A stretch of DNA of 64,000 nt, from the IMG/VR virus record IMGVR_UViG_3300012663_000801, positions 1 through 64,000 of that record; one strand, 5' to 3'. The stretch comes from a virus. Position numbers and translations under genes: made by a program. The notes beneath the pieces were generated by a model. That model worked only from the letters and a program-made list of their open reading frames with translations. It was not told the DNA's origin and made no database searches. This document shows positions 28,326-38,414 of the stretch, piece by piece. How positions within the stretch are numbered: position 1 is the stretch's first letter; every line of letters starts with the position of its first letter.

Positions 28326-28808
28326 ATGAAAGAAATTCTACCATTCGAATTCAAGAATCCATATTTCTTCCCAATTGATGAGATTCGCAAGTCAATCAGG
28401 GATAATTATGAAAATGTTGTCAGCTTGGTCAAAGAGACAATATACTATTACAATTATGGCAATCGCTCAGTTGAAGGAACACACTGTAAGTATCAAAGCA
28501 ATACAGGTAATATGTGTGCCGTTGGTCGCTGTCTTACTGAGCAAGCTCTTAATGACTTCCATGATCATGAAGTAGCAAAGACATTCGCTATTATTTCTTT
28601 GCCCGAATTTATCACTGAAAAGTATAGCAGCTTTGATAGCATGTTCCAAGAAAAGTATCAGGGTATTCATGTGCAAGTGTGGAGCTTTATGCAAAGCTTA
28701 CACGATGAAGATATCAATTGGGATGAGAATGGTTTGAGTAGCGATGGTGAGCAGGAAATTCTCAATACTCTTGGAACCAAGATCCACAACGACGTTTTCG
28801 GGAAGTAA
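28326..28808 (+). CDS. MCAVGRCL family paralog 1
   Basis: C.Y..GNMCAVGRCL, Q.LHD..NW..NGL. Confidence 0.8.
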   Translation: MKEILPFEFKNPYFFPIDEIRKSIRDNYENVVSLVKETIYYYNYGNRSVEGTHCKYQSNTGNMCAVGRCLTEQALNDFHDHEVAKTFAIISLPEFITEKYSSFDSMFQEKYQGIHVQVWSFMQSLHDEDINWDENGLSSDGEQEILNTLGTKIHNDVFGK

Positions 28809-28831
28809 AAACTACAATACAATACTGGCAT

Positions 28832-29326
28832 ATGGAATACATCGAACCATTCACAGACTTCAATGACATTTCCCATTTGACTGAAAAAGTTATTGGTGAA
28901 ACTCGTCAGTCAATCAAAGATAATCATGACAAGATTGTTGCCTTACTCAAGGAACTGACAAGTCATTACAATACCGGAAATCGCTCAATTGAAGGTATCT
29001 CATGTCGGTATAAAAATGATGCTGGTAATATGTGCGCTGTTGGGCGTTGTCTTACCGAGGAAGCTCTTAATGACTTCAACATCTACGAACGCACTGAAAG
29101 GACATTCGGTATTACTGTTTTACCAACTGTTATTACTGACAAGTATAGCGACTTTGATAGCATGTTCCAAGAAAAGTATCAGGGTATCCATGAACAGGTG
29201 TGGGGCTTTATGCAAGGCTTGCATGATGATGAAAATTGGGATGAGAATGGTTTGAATGATGAAGGGGCGATGGCCATTCTCAATACCCTCGGGACCAAGA
29301 TCCACAACGACGTTTTCGGAAAATAA
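28832..29326 (+). CDS. MCAVGRCL family paralog 2
   Basis: tandem duplicate with identical C-terminus. Confidence 0.8.
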   Translation: MEYIEPFTDFNDISHLTEKVIGETRQSIKDNHDKIVALLKELTSHYNTGNRSIEGISCRYKNDAGNMCAVGRCLTEEALNDFNIYERTERTFGITVLPTVITDKYSDFDSMFQEKYQGIHEQVWGFMQGLHDDENWDENGLNDEGAMAILNTLGTKIHNDVFGK

Positions 29327-29329
29327 AAT

Positions 29330-30094
29330 ATGATCGCTTACAAAGCCACATACAATTTCAAGTGCCGTAATCAAGAGTATAAAGTCGGAAAGACTTATAC
29401 TTCTGATCGTATGGAAATCTGCGAATACGGATTCCATTTCTGTCAAAAGATGGAAAATGTCCTCAATTATTATTCATTTTCTTCGGATCTCATTCTATTG
29501 GAAGTCGAGATCCTTGGTAATGTGCATACTGAAGGCGACAAGTCTGTTACGGATAAGCTCAAGGTCATCCGTGTCATTCCTGAAGAGGAATACACCGATA
29601 GTATGAAATCTCAAATTACCATCTATGAATATGATGATAGGAATAATCTGATTTCTGAAAAGTATCCAAATGGTAACAAGTGGACTTATGAATATGATGA
29701 ACGGAATAACAAGATTTCCAAGACGTATCCAGATGGTGACAAGTGGACCTATGAATATGATGAGAGGGATAATCGTATTTCCGAGACACATTCAAATGGT
29801 GAAAAGTATACCTATGAATATGATGATAGGAATAATAGGATTTCCGAAACGTATCCAGATGGTGACAAATACAGCTATGAATATGATGATAGGAATAATA
29901 GGATTTCTGAAACGTATCCAGATGGTAAAAAATGCACCTATGAATATGATGATAGGAATAACAATATTTCCACGACGTATCCAAATGGTGGCAAATACAT
30001 CTATGAATATGATGAACGGAATAATCTGATTTCCGAAACGTATCCAGATGGTAAAAAATGCACCTTTGAATATGCGGTGATCACTGAGGAATAA
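29330..30094 (+). CDS. YD-like repeat protein, paralog 2 (about seven 63-bp units)
   Basis: YEYDDRNN.ISETYPDG repeats. Confidence 0.85.
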   Translation: MIAYKATYNFKCRNQEYKVGKTYTSDRMEICEYGFHFCQKMENVLNYYSFSSDLILLEVEILGNVHTEGDKSVTDKLKVIRVIPEEEYTDSMKSQITIYEYDDRNNLISEKYPNGNKWTYEYDERNNKISKTYPDGDKWTYEYDERDNRISETHSNGEKYTYEYDDRNNRISETYPDGDKYSYEYDDRNNRISETYPDGKKCTYEYDDRNNNISTTYPNGGKYIYEYDERNNLISETYPDGKKCTFEYAVITEE

Positions 30095-30118
30095 AAACTA
30101 ATCTAAAATAATGCCATC

Positions 30119-30451
30119 ATGAAAGTCAATCGAGAGAACGTCATCAGTGCCATCATCCGGGAACAAATCAGCCATCGTGGTGGGGGAGTCGAAATCGATC
30201 TCAGCCATTTCGGATTCAAAAATGGTCGAATGGCAGCTTATCAGAATTACCTCGGAGGAGGACTGCTAGGAGCAATCCAAAGCAATCACAATATGTTCGA
30301 AGGGGAATTCACCAAAGCCCAACAGAAGAAGATCGAGAAATTGTCCGACATCCTCAAAAGGTATCTCCATGACCAAACAAATCATGAGGACGATGAATGG
30401 GAATGCGCAACCTTTGAACAGAATCAAATGCGCCCAGTGTCTGGATATTAA
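30119..30451 (+). CDS. hypothetical protein
   Basis: repeat-led ORF. Confidence 0.7.
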   Translation: MKVNRENVISAIIREQISHRGGGVEIDLSHFGFKNGRMAAYQNYLGGGLLGAIQSNHNMFEGEFTKAQQKKIEKLSDILKRYLHDQTNHEDDEWECATFEQNQMRPVSGY

Positions 30452-30472
30452 AGACAACAATACAATCATAAC

Positions 30473-31174
30473 ATGATCGCTTACAAAGCCACCTACAATT
30501 TCAAGTGCCGTAATCAGGAATACAAAGTCGGAAAGACTTATACTTCTGATCGTATGGAAATCTGCGAATACGGATTTCATTTCTGTCAAAAGATGGAAGA
30601 CGTTCTCAATTACTATAAAAATTCTTCGGATTTCATTCTATTGGAAGTTGAAATTCTTGGTAAGATCGAAACGGAAGGAGATAAATCTGTTACTGATAAA
30701 CTGAAAGTTCTGCGCATCATTCCCTTTGAGGAATACACCGATAGCATGAAGTCTCGATTTCCCATCTTTGAATACGATGAGAGGGATAATTGTATTTCCA
30801 TGACGTATCCAAGTGGTGAAAAACACACCTATGAATATGATGATAGGAATAACAAGATTTCCTTGACGTATTCAAATGGTGAAAAGAATACCTATGAATA
30901 TGATGAACGGAATAACAAGATTTCCGCAACGTATACAAATGGTAACAAGTGGACCTATGAATATGATGAACGGAATAACATGATTTCCGCGACACAGCTA
31001 AATGGTTACAAATGCACCTATGAATATGATGATAGGAATAACAAGATTTCCGAGACACTTCCAGATGGTAACAAGTGGACTTATGAATACGATGAGAGGG
31101 ATAATCGTATTTCCATGACGTATCCAAGTGGTAAAAAATGCACCTATGAATATGCCACGATCACCGAGGAATAA
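30473..31174 (+). CDS. YD-like repeat protein, paralog 3 (about six 63-bp units)
   Basis: as above. Confidence 0.85.
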   Translation: MIAYKATYNFKCRNQEYKVGKTYTSDRMEICEYGFHFCQKMEDVLNYYKNSSDFILLEVEILGKIETEGDKSVTDKLKVLRIIPFEEYTDSMKSRFPIFEYDERDNCISMTYPSGEKHTYEYDDRNNKISLTYSNGEKNTYEYDERNNKISATYTNGNKWTYEYDERNNMISATQLNGYKCTYEYDDRNNKISETLPDGNKWTYEYDERDNRISMTYPSGKKCTYEYATITEE

Positions 31175-31442
31175 AAACTAATCTAAAATAATGGCATCAT
31201 GCACATGGTTTTCATCAAACACGAAAAGCGAATCGAATTCGTCAGTAATAACTTCAAAGGCTCCCAAATCATCAAAAATGACTGGGAGGAAACGATTGAA
31301 ATCCTGAAAGACATCTATCGTCCCGTATCGTGGGAAGTGATCGAAAGCTGAATGATTAAAACCTTGATAAATCAAGGAAAAACGATGCGACAAAATGACA
31401 CACCAGCTGTGACAAATTGACACGGGAATAGAAGGATAGCAT

Positions 31443-31458
31443 TGTTCCATGTGGAACA
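31443..31458. promoter_or_regulatory. parS-like palindrome
   Basis: TGTTCCATGTGGAACA, one mismatch to TGTTCCACGTGGAACA. Confidence 0.5.
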
Positions 31459-31744
31459 TTTTCAAGAATAAAAACTACAGTAGAATTTTGACATGCAACA
31501 CATCAATTACGCTCAAGAAGCTGGTTATCTCGCTGGTGCTTTTCGATTCCTTTCGCACGACTTGGTTCGCCAAGGTTTGATCAGCTACGAGAACGCGCCA
31601 GAAGTCGATGAGATCATCAAGAAAATCATCAAAGAAGCTCGCGAAAAATCAACCTATTCTTTTCCGCAGTAAGTGGAAGCACCACCGGAATATGGCAGTG
31701 ATACCGATACTGCCAACTTTTAAAAACTAAACTAAAATCAGCGC

Positions 31745-31999
31745 ATGCCTTCTTACATCTACTCAAGTCCGAAAGGAGTCACGATCTATTATTCAGACGA
31801 AAAAAAGAAAATCATACATCGTGAAGATGGTCCCGCGATGATCCTTTCGGACGGAAGTAAGGAATGGCGCATCAATAACAAGCTCCACCGTGAAGATGGA
31901 CCTGCTTATGATTATGCGAACGGACGCAGAGGCTGGTATTTACATGGTATTGAATTGACAGAAGAAGAACACTCCAAGAGAACAACAAATAAAAACTAA
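31745..31999 (+). CDS. HREDGPA-repeat protein 1
   Basis: two HREDGPA repeats. Confidence 0.8.
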   Translation: MPSYIYSSPKGVTIYYSDEKKKIIHREDGPAMILSDGSKEWRINNKLHREDGPAYDYANGRRGWYLHGIELTEEEHSKRTTNKN

Positions 32000-32013
32000 A
32001 GTAGAATACTGAC

Positions 32014-32265
32014 ATGGTTAAACTCAAAGACACAAACAAAGTCATCAAGGCATCGGAAATGAGGGATGGACAAATCGGCGTGATCCATGAACATAGTTGC
32101 CCTGATTATTTCGGTCGAATTGTCCAGCGATACAAGGAGGTTCTGATTACGATTGGAGAGAGTTCGGGACATGCCTTCCCATCTATTCTGGGATCATCTG
32201 CTGCTGAAAATGTCAAAATCAGGCTTCTGGAAGCTGGCGACACAATCGAGATCGTTAAAAACTAA
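32014..32265 (+). CDS. hypothetical protein
   Basis: repeat-bounded, ends KN*. Confidence 0.7.
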   Translation: MVKLKDTNKVIKASEMRDGQIGVIHEHSCPDYFGRIVQRYKEVLITIGESSGHAFPSILGSSAAENVKIRLLEAGDTIEIVKN

Positions 32266-32279
32266 ACCAAAATACACCC

Positions 32280-32606
32280 ATGACTCCGCAATACATTCAC
32301 ATTGACAAAGATGGTGACAAGTTCTATTACAAGGACATGCAAATGACAATCCGCCATCGTGAAGACGGACCTGCTGTCAAACTTACCGATGGTTACGAGG
32401 GATGGTATTTCAATGATATGTGTCACCGTGAAGATGGTCCCGCTATTGTGTATCCAAATGGTCAAAAGTATTGGTATCTCAATGGTGTGCAGCATACCGA
32501 AGAGGCGCATGCACGACGCACTGCAAAAGTCGTGGAACTCACACTGGATCAGATCGCAGAGAAATTTGGAATCTCAGTGGAGAAGCTGAAGATCGTTAAA
32601 AACTAA
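32280..32606 (+). CDS. HREDGPA-repeat protein 2
   Basis: two repeats plus ELTLDQIAEKFG tail. Confidence 0.8.
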   Translation: MTPQYIHIDKDGDKFYYKDMQMTIRHREDGPAVKLTDGYEGWYFNDMCHREDGPAIVYPNGQKYWYLNGVQHTEEAHARRTAKVVELTLDQIAEKFGISVEKLKIVKN

Positions 32607-32820
32607 GCCAAAATCAGCGCATGGTCGCAATCAAAATTGAAATCGAAAATGAGTCTCTGGATGGTGCTGATGTCCCGGAGATCTTGGAAAGTCTTGCATC
32701 TGCCATTCATGGAAATGAATTGGATGAACTGATGGATGGTAGTTACAAAGTGGATACTGCGCATGGGAAGGTGTGGCTCCACATCTTGGATTGAATTAAA
32801 AACTAAACCAAAATACTGAC

Positions 32821-33246
32821 ATGAAACACACGCTCGTTACTCTCCTTCAGGAAACCATCAATCACTATCACTCGGGAAATCGTTCTTCAACTAAATCTGG
32901 TGTGTGTAGCTATCTTTCAGATGATGGTTCCATGTGCGCTGTTGGTAGATGTTTGAAGCCTGAGTATCTGGAAACCTTCCATGAGATCGAGGAAAACATA
33001 TCAGCAAATGGAGCTTTTGGATCAGCAATCAGTGAAATTTTTGAATCGAGTCTTTTGGTAGGTTTGGGAATTTCAGATGTTGTCATGGATGAGTATTCCG
33101 ACATTACTTTTGAAGATTGGAGGAAAGTTCAGCGTTTGCATGACAATCCAGATAATTGGAATGATAATGGATTGAGTAAGGTGGGGCGCACATTTATTCG
33201 CAATTTCGGAGAGGAAATTTACGACCAATTGTTTCCTTCGAATTAA
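32821..33246 (+). CDS. MCAVGRCL family paralog 3
   Basis: shared motifs. Confidence 0.75.
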   Translation: MKHTLVTLLQETINHYHSGNRSSTKSGVCSYLSDDGSMCAVGRCLKPEYLETFHEIEENISANGAFGSAISEIFESSLLVGLGISDVVMDEYSDITFEDWRKVQRLHDNPDNWNDNGLSKVGRTFIRNFGEEIYDQLFPSN

Positions 33247-33267
33247 AAACTAAGCCAAAATACTGGC

Positions 33268-33837
33268 ATGAAGCATTGTGATAAAATCATGATTGTTGCA
33301 TCCATTACATATGCAATTGTTGCACTATCGGTGCAGACAGTTCCCAGTGTTGCGATAGTGAAGAACCTGAAAAGCTATCCTGTTCTTGTTTCACCAAAGA
33401 ACAAGATCCCATGGTTTTCCAAGATGACTGATAAAGTTAAGTCTTTTGAGTCATACAGATCACAACCCTATCGTTGTCCTGCTGGTGTTCTGACTGTTGG
33501 ATATGGGCACACTGGTAGATACGCCAGCAACAGCATGTCCTTGTCCAAAGCGGAATCTGTTCTTAATCAAGAACTGATTGAAACAAAGAGAGTTGTGCTA
33601 TCCAAGGTCAAAGTGAAGCTGACTGAATATCAATTGGCGGCACTTGTTAGCTTCACACATAACACAAATGAAAGTTGTCTTGATACTTTAATCAATGGCA
33701 AGAACAGACTCAACTCTGGCAATTATGATAGTGTGCCCAAGTTGCTCCCTCTCTACTGCAAAGCATCGGGGGAGACATTGCGCGGGCTGGTCATTCGCAG
33801 GAATTGGGAAGTGAAGCTCTGGAGAGGGATTTCCTAA
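33268..33837 (+). CDS. GH24 lysozyme with N-terminal hydrophobic segment
   Basis: FES..PYRCPAGVLTVGYGHT, AALVSF..N, GLVIRR..E. Confidence 0.85.
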   Translation: MKHCDKIMIVASITYAIVALSVQTVPSVAIVKNLKSYPVLVSPKNKIPWFSKMTDKVKSFESYRSQPYRCPAGVLTVGYGHTGRYASNSMSLSKAESVLNQELIETKRVVLSKVKVKLTEYQLAALVSFTHNTNESCLDTLINGKNRLNSGNYDSVPKLLPLYCKASGETLRGLVIRRNWEVKLWRGIS

Positions 33838-33862
33838 TTAAAAACTACACCAAAATACTGGC

Positions 33863-34099
33863 ATGTTCGCAGTTACCAATAACAAAGGATTCCACATTAA
33901 GTTTGCAAACGGAAACACGATCTCCGTTCAATTCGGAGAAGGAAATTATTGCGACAATCGGCATCTGAATGAGCCGAAACAGTGCGCAAATGCTGAAGTC
34001 TGGGCATGGGATGAGAATGGCAAGCCACTGTTCGATGAACCTCTGGGATGGCAGACCCCTGATAAGGTGGCTGCTCTGATCGCAAAATACAGCGCATAA
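33863..34099 (+). CDS. hypothetical phage protein
   Basis: GFHIKFANGNTISVQFG.GNYC. Confidence 0.75.
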   Translation: MFAVTNNKGFHIKFANGNTISVQFGEGNYCDNRHLNEPKQCANAEVWAWDENGKPLFDEPLGWQTPDKVAALIAKYSA

Positions 34100-34302
34100 A
34101 AACTACACCAAAATACTGGCATGCAAGTCGCTACCCTACTGGTCTGGAAAGAAGGAACTGATCCCGAGCGTATCAAGAAGTGGATCAAGAAGCTGGAAGA
34201 GTTGGAAGTTCTTGAGAATTATTCTCAATCGAATTTCGATGTGGAGGATTGCTATCCGGTTCTCTACTTCCCCTGAGTTAAAAACTACACCAAAATACCA
34301 CC

Positions 34303-34494
34303 ATGAAAGTTCGACCACTTGAGAATTACTGGCTGATGGGCACTGAATTCAAGCTCGACAGCACCAAGGTTTACGATGCCACCCATGCCACCAATCTCCC
34401 TGACTGGGAAGCAAAGGGGAAAATCTTCGTGTATGAAGATGAGGATGGTCCTTCGATTGTCCTTGAGAAAGGGGAATACGAAATCGTCGGTTAA
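34303..34494 (+). CDS. hypothetical protein
   Basis: repeat-bounded ORF. Confidence 0.7.
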   Translation: MKVRPLENYWLMGTEFKLDSTKVYDATHATNLPDWEAKGKIFVYEDEDGPSIVLEKGEYEIVG

Positions 34495-34515
34495 AAACTA
34501 CACCAAAATACTGCC

Positions 34516-34764
34516 ATGATCAAGAAGAGATACCCTTGGATTTTGATTGATAAAGCGAATATGTCCAAGATGTTGCATCGCTTTTCCAGTGTCGAAAGTG
34601 TGGCATTTGCAATGATGAAAAGCGGGACTTGGACTTACAGGGATTTCTCAGAGTTCATTGTTATCAAGGATGAGATGAAAGTTGTGGATCTTTCTGCTCT
34701 GACAAAGGGTGGGGATCTTGTATCTTTCCATGCGAAAGTGAAGAAATTGCTTGAACTCTCCTGA
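34516..34764 (+). CDS. hypothetical protein
   Basis: repeat-bounded ORF. Confidence 0.7.
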   Translation: MIKKRYPWILIDKANMSKMLHRFSSVESVAFAMMKSGTWTYRDFSEFIVIKDEMKVVDLSALTKGGDLVSFHAKVKKLLELS

Positions 34765-35003
34765 GATAAAAACTACACCAAAATACCGACAAAAAGAAAC
34801 AACAAAACAAGAAAGCCTGCCGCAAATGAATTACCTCGGATGGAAGATTTCTTACTTTCCAATTGGCTCGCAAGTCTGGAAAGCGTCACGCTTTGGAGTT
34901 GACCTATGTGCCAATTCTAAAGAATTGCTGATGGCAATGATTGCCAGCCGCAAGTAATTTTCTGCTTGACTCACTCTTTTTAACTCTTCAAAATATCACT
35001 ACT

Positions 35004-35330
35004 ATGCCCGAAACTCCCATAATCATCAGAGTAAATAATGATCTTGATCTGCGCAATCCTATCCATGCGAAAGCGTATCTAAAAGCCGCCAATCATTTCT
35101 TGTCTGGCTGGCCCGAAGAATGGGACGCCGAAACTCTTTGCCTTGCTCTTCTTGCTGAAGAAGAAGACGACGAAGAAAACCTTGCTAATCGAAAGAAGGT
35201 CTTCCCTTGGGAGGCAATCAAAAACTCAAGCTGTTTCGAGACACAAGGCGAGTATCGTTTTCTTGAAGAAATCATCTGTAATCTGGCAGAAGATTTCATT
35301 GATTTTCTAAACGAAACTGATCCGAGTTAA
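35004..35330 (+). CDS. hypothetical acidic protein
   Basis: ATG 35004; ends in repeat. Confidence 0.65.
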   Translation: MPETPIIIRVNNDLDLRNPIHAKAYLKAANHFLSGWPEEWDAETLCLALLAEEEDDEENLANRKKVFPWEAIKNSSCFETQGEYRFLEEIICNLAEDFIDFLNETDPS

Positions 35331-35351
35331 AAACTACACTAAAATACTGCC

Positions 35352-35594
35352 ATGCTCGACATCACCATTGACCCGAAGGAAATCAGAGCCAGATATCACG
35401 CCGACGACACCGGACGCGGATGGTTGTATTTCTCAGTCCCAAATGGATGGGAGGATGTGGAAAAGGTTCACAAGAAAGTCCTGACCTACGACGGGCGCAA
35501 GTTTCTCTTCAGCGGGTGGAACTCGGATCGAAACGACTGCTTCTTCAGGGAGGAACTGAAGGGAGGCCCGATGGTGGTCGCCCGCTTCCAATAA
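35352..35594 (+). CDS. hypothetical protein
   Basis: repeat-bounded ORF. Confidence 0.7.
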   Translation: MLDITIDPKEIRARYHADDTGRGWLYFSVPNGWEDVEKVHKKVLTYDGRKFLFSGWNSDRNDCFFREELKGGPMVVARFQ

Positions 35595-35890
35595 AAACTA
35601 CACCAAAATACTGCCATGAGAACAAACGAATTGTTTGAAACGCTGCAAAATCTGCTCATTCTCTCCCTGATACTGTTCACCATCTTAGTGGGAATGGCAA
35701 TCGGCACCCTTGTGACTGCGATCATCGGGTCTCTTGCCCAATAAAAACTACACCAAAATCGCTGCATGCAATTCCTACTCACGCTCTGCGTCACATTCAT
35801 TGCCATTGGAACTCGAAGTCTGATCATGTATGTGTTCGCTGCCATCCTCTGGTATCTCGTCGTTGTTAAAAACTAAACCAAAATACTGCC

Positions 35891-36184
35891 ATGTCGAAAC
35901 CATACATGACCATCAATTCCGAAGGTAACACGCTCTACTTCAAGGACAAGGGGATGACCATTCCCCACCGGGAAGACGGTCCCGCTGTTGAGTGGCCCAA
36001 TGGGCACAAGGTTTGGTATGTCAATGGCAAGCGTCATCGTGAAGATGGCCCTGCGATTGAACACGCCAACGGTGGGAAGTATTGGTATCAGAACGATGTC
36101 CTCCACCGTGAAGATGGCCCTGCGATTGAACACGCCAATGGGAACAAAGCATGGTTCCTGAATGGCCGCGAAGTTAAAAACTAA
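35891..36184 (+). CDS. HREDGPA-repeat protein 3
   Basis: three repeats; ends KN*. Confidence 0.8.
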   Translation: MSKPYMTINSEGNTLYFKDKGMTIPHREDGPAVEWPNGHKVWYVNGKRHREDGPAIEHANGGKYWYQNDVLHREDGPAIEHANGNKAWFLNGREVKN

Positions 36185-36198
36185 ACCAAAATACTGCC

Positions 36199-36411
36199 AT
36201 GTCCAAACCGAAGTTCAAATCATTCCTTCTCACCAAGACTCATGTGACCGCAATGGTGAAAGCCATGAAGCAAGCGGGCCTGCGCGTCGTGGAAGACAAG
36301 TCCGCTGGCACTGTCCAAGCGTTTTATGGTGAGCACGAAGTTTATGCAGCAATCGAGAAGGGGCACAATCAGCCTTGGATCGTGCGCCATGTCGAGAACC
36401 TGTTCGACTGA
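36199..36411 (+). CDS. hypothetical protein
   Basis: repeat-led ORF. Confidence 0.7.
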   Translation: MSKPKFKSFLLTKTHVTAMVKAMKQAGLRVVEDKSAGTVQAFYGEHEVYAAIEKGHNQPWIVRHVENLFD

Positions 36412-36441
36412 TCAACACGGGGGAAGCGCATCCTACACGCT
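36412..36441 (+). repeat. 30-nt pseudoknot-like repeat, copy 1 (others 38233-38262, 41035-41064)
   Basis: TCAACA(C/A)GGGGGAAGCGCATCC(T/G)ACACGCT in three intergenic gaps. Confidence 0.8.
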
Positions 36442-36465
36442 TAAAAACTTCAGCAAAATACTGCC

Positions 36466-36648
36466 ATGACCAAGAAGCACTTCGAGTTTATCGCCTCCAC
36501 CATCGAGTCCATGCCATCCTTTTCCGCCACTCTGAGGGCACAGAAGCTCTCCTGCGCGAACACCTTCGCCGATGCCTTCGCCAAGGAGTTCCCGCGATTT
36601 GATCGGGACAAGTTCCTGCAAGCCTGCGGTGTCTATTACTTTCAATGA
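36466..36648 (+). CDS. hypothetical phage protein
   Basis: MTKKHFEFIA...PRFDRDKFLQACG. Confidence 0.75.
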   Translation: MTKKHFEFIASTIESMPSFSATLRAQKLSCANTFADAFAKEFPRFDRDKFLQACGVYYFQ

Positions 36649-36728
36649 GTGCATGGCAAAGTCCCCTCTCTCTGGTGGTTCGGAGAGAGGGGCAACCCTT
36701 TTAAAAACTACAGCAAAATCATGGCACC

Positions 36729-37076
36729 ATGAAAGTCCGTGTTTACTTCAACCTGCACAAGAAACTCCTTTCGATTCAAACGAAAGTGAATGGCGCGTGG
36801 AAGGTGATCAGCCACCGCCAGAGCGTTAGCCTGTCCGATGTCACCTTCAAGGTGTCGGAGCGTGGTCGCCAGCGGGTGATCAAGAACAAGCGGAAGAACG
36901 TCCACGCCTACATCTGCGGCACCCTCAACGATGAACTGGTGAACGAGAGCGGGATGGACCCGATCATCTACAACCCCTACAAGTTCGAGCGTTTCTTCAA
37001 TGGTGAGCGATACGTGGACACCGCTGAAAGGGTCTTCATCGATGGTCGCAAGGTTTACGCCGCGAACGCCCAATAA
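36729..37076 (+). CDS. hypothetical phage protein
   Basis: VRVYFNLHKK, KRKNVHAY, YNPYK. Confidence 0.8.
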   Translation: MKVRVYFNLHKKLLSIQTKVNGAWKVISHRQSVSLSDVTFKVSERGRQRVIKNKRKNVHAYICGTLNDELVNESGMDPIIYNPYKFERFFNGERYVDTAERVFIDGRKVYAANAQ

Positions 37077-37259
37077 AAACTACAGCAAAATACTGACATG
37101 CGCCAACGCTACTTCCTCTGGAACCTGCCACTCATCGACGGTGGCGAAATGATCATCATCCACGAAATCACCCGGAACAACAACAAGGTGACCGGGTTCA
37201 TCAACCACCGCTTCACCTTCCCGAAGGACCAATAAAAACTACACCAAAATACCCCTGCC

Positions 37260-37493
37260 ATGAAAAACAAATTCCGCAACCAAGACGGCACGATCACCTC
37301 TTATTCATTCGCCTGTGGATACGTTGAAAGATACGGAAACTGGGATATTCCACGGGCCACAATTTCCCGCGAGGCCAATGGCTACCATGTCAAAGGGTTC
37401 GACAAGGACGGGAAACACTTCTGGGAAATCGTGGACAAGGTGAAGGACGCCAGAGCGATTGCCCGCAAGCAAGGGGGGAAGCTGAACAAATAA
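37260..37493 (+). CDS. hypothetical protein
   Basis: repeat-bounded ORF. Confidence 0.7.
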   Translation: MKNKFRNQDGTITSYSFACGYVERYGNWDIPRATISREANGYHVKGFDKDGKHFWEIVDKVKDARAIARKQGGKLNK

Positions 37494-37517
37494 AAACTAC
37501 AGGAGAATAGCTGCACT

Positions 37518-37733
37518 ATGGAACACTTTCTAACTGAACAGCAAAAACATATCATCTATCAGGAATATCGCAGTTATGATTGCGCAATGAGCGATCCATG
37601 GCGCAATGACTTTTCTGATGATGGGCAAGCGGATGATGAATGGAGACGGGAAAACATGCTGGAAAATATCCGCGAGCAAATGCCCGAAATTCCCCTCGAA
37701 ATGATTGAGGACGAAATTGACAGAATTTCTTGA
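37518..37733 (+). CDS. hypothetical acidic protein
   Basis: repeat-bounded ORF. Confidence 0.65.
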   Translation: MEHFLTEQQKHIIYQEYRSYDCAMSDPWRNDFSDDGQADDEWRRENMLENIREQMPEIPLEMIEDEIDRIS

Positions 37734-37947
37734 AATCTTCTGATAAAAACTACAGCAAAATAACGCTGCCATGCAGAACAACATGCTATTCACTGTCAGC
37801 GGGGAAGTCCTCGCCTATGCCGTCACAAGGGATGCGGCAATCGCCATCTCGAATTTCGCTCGTCGCCCCGTTCGCTGGGGGGATGAATTGATCGGAGGAG
37901 AATACGTCGGATGCGTCGGATAAAAACTACAGTAAAATAACGCTGCC

Positions 37948-38229
37948 ATGAAGACCAAGAAAGAAATCAAGCTCAAGGACGGTTCCACTCTTCCCAAGGG
38001 ACTCCGCGTCACGTTCATCGAGGACAAGCCCACCCGATGCCTTGTCCACTCGCCTGCTCATCCGGCACCGCTGCAAGTGCGGATCACCAGCGCGTTTCAC
38101 GCCCCATCATACGAGAGGATGGAAGGCTGGGGCTGCATCTGCAAGACTCCCACCGGGCAGACTGTCGAGCCTGACGGCTACGGGGAAGACGGAAGCCCTT
38201 CGTGGCTGATCGTTCTCGGTCTGATCTGA
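37948..38229 (+). CDS. hypothetical phage protein
   Basis: VEPDG...SWL..LGLI C-terminus. Confidence 0.75.
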   Translation: MKTKKEIKLKDGSTLPKGLRVTFIEDKPTRCLVHSPAHPAPLQVRITSAFHAPSYERMEGWGCICKTPTGQTVEPDGYGEDGSPSWLIVLGLI

Positions 38230-38414
38230 TACTCAACACGGGGGAAGCGCATCCGACACGCTTAAAAACTACAGTAAACTCCCGCCATGCCTGACCTCAC
38301 CAACCTCAACGACGCAGACCTGCAAGACCTCATCGACTTCCTCGCAGGTGTGACAAAATGACGCACCTGACCGAAACCCGCCTGTAAAAACTACACTAAA
38401 CTTTTGCCACGACC

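Noticed and set aside
29616-31127. His-rich minus-strand ORFs (YHHIH repeats)
   Set aside because: Antisense shadows of the 63-bp coding repeats
29330-31174. Diversity-generating retroelement
   Set aside because: Differences between repeats are not adenine-specific; no reverse transcriptase or template repeat in the window
31362-31377. FNR box
   Set aside because: TTGAT and ATCAA are separated by 2 nt, not 4
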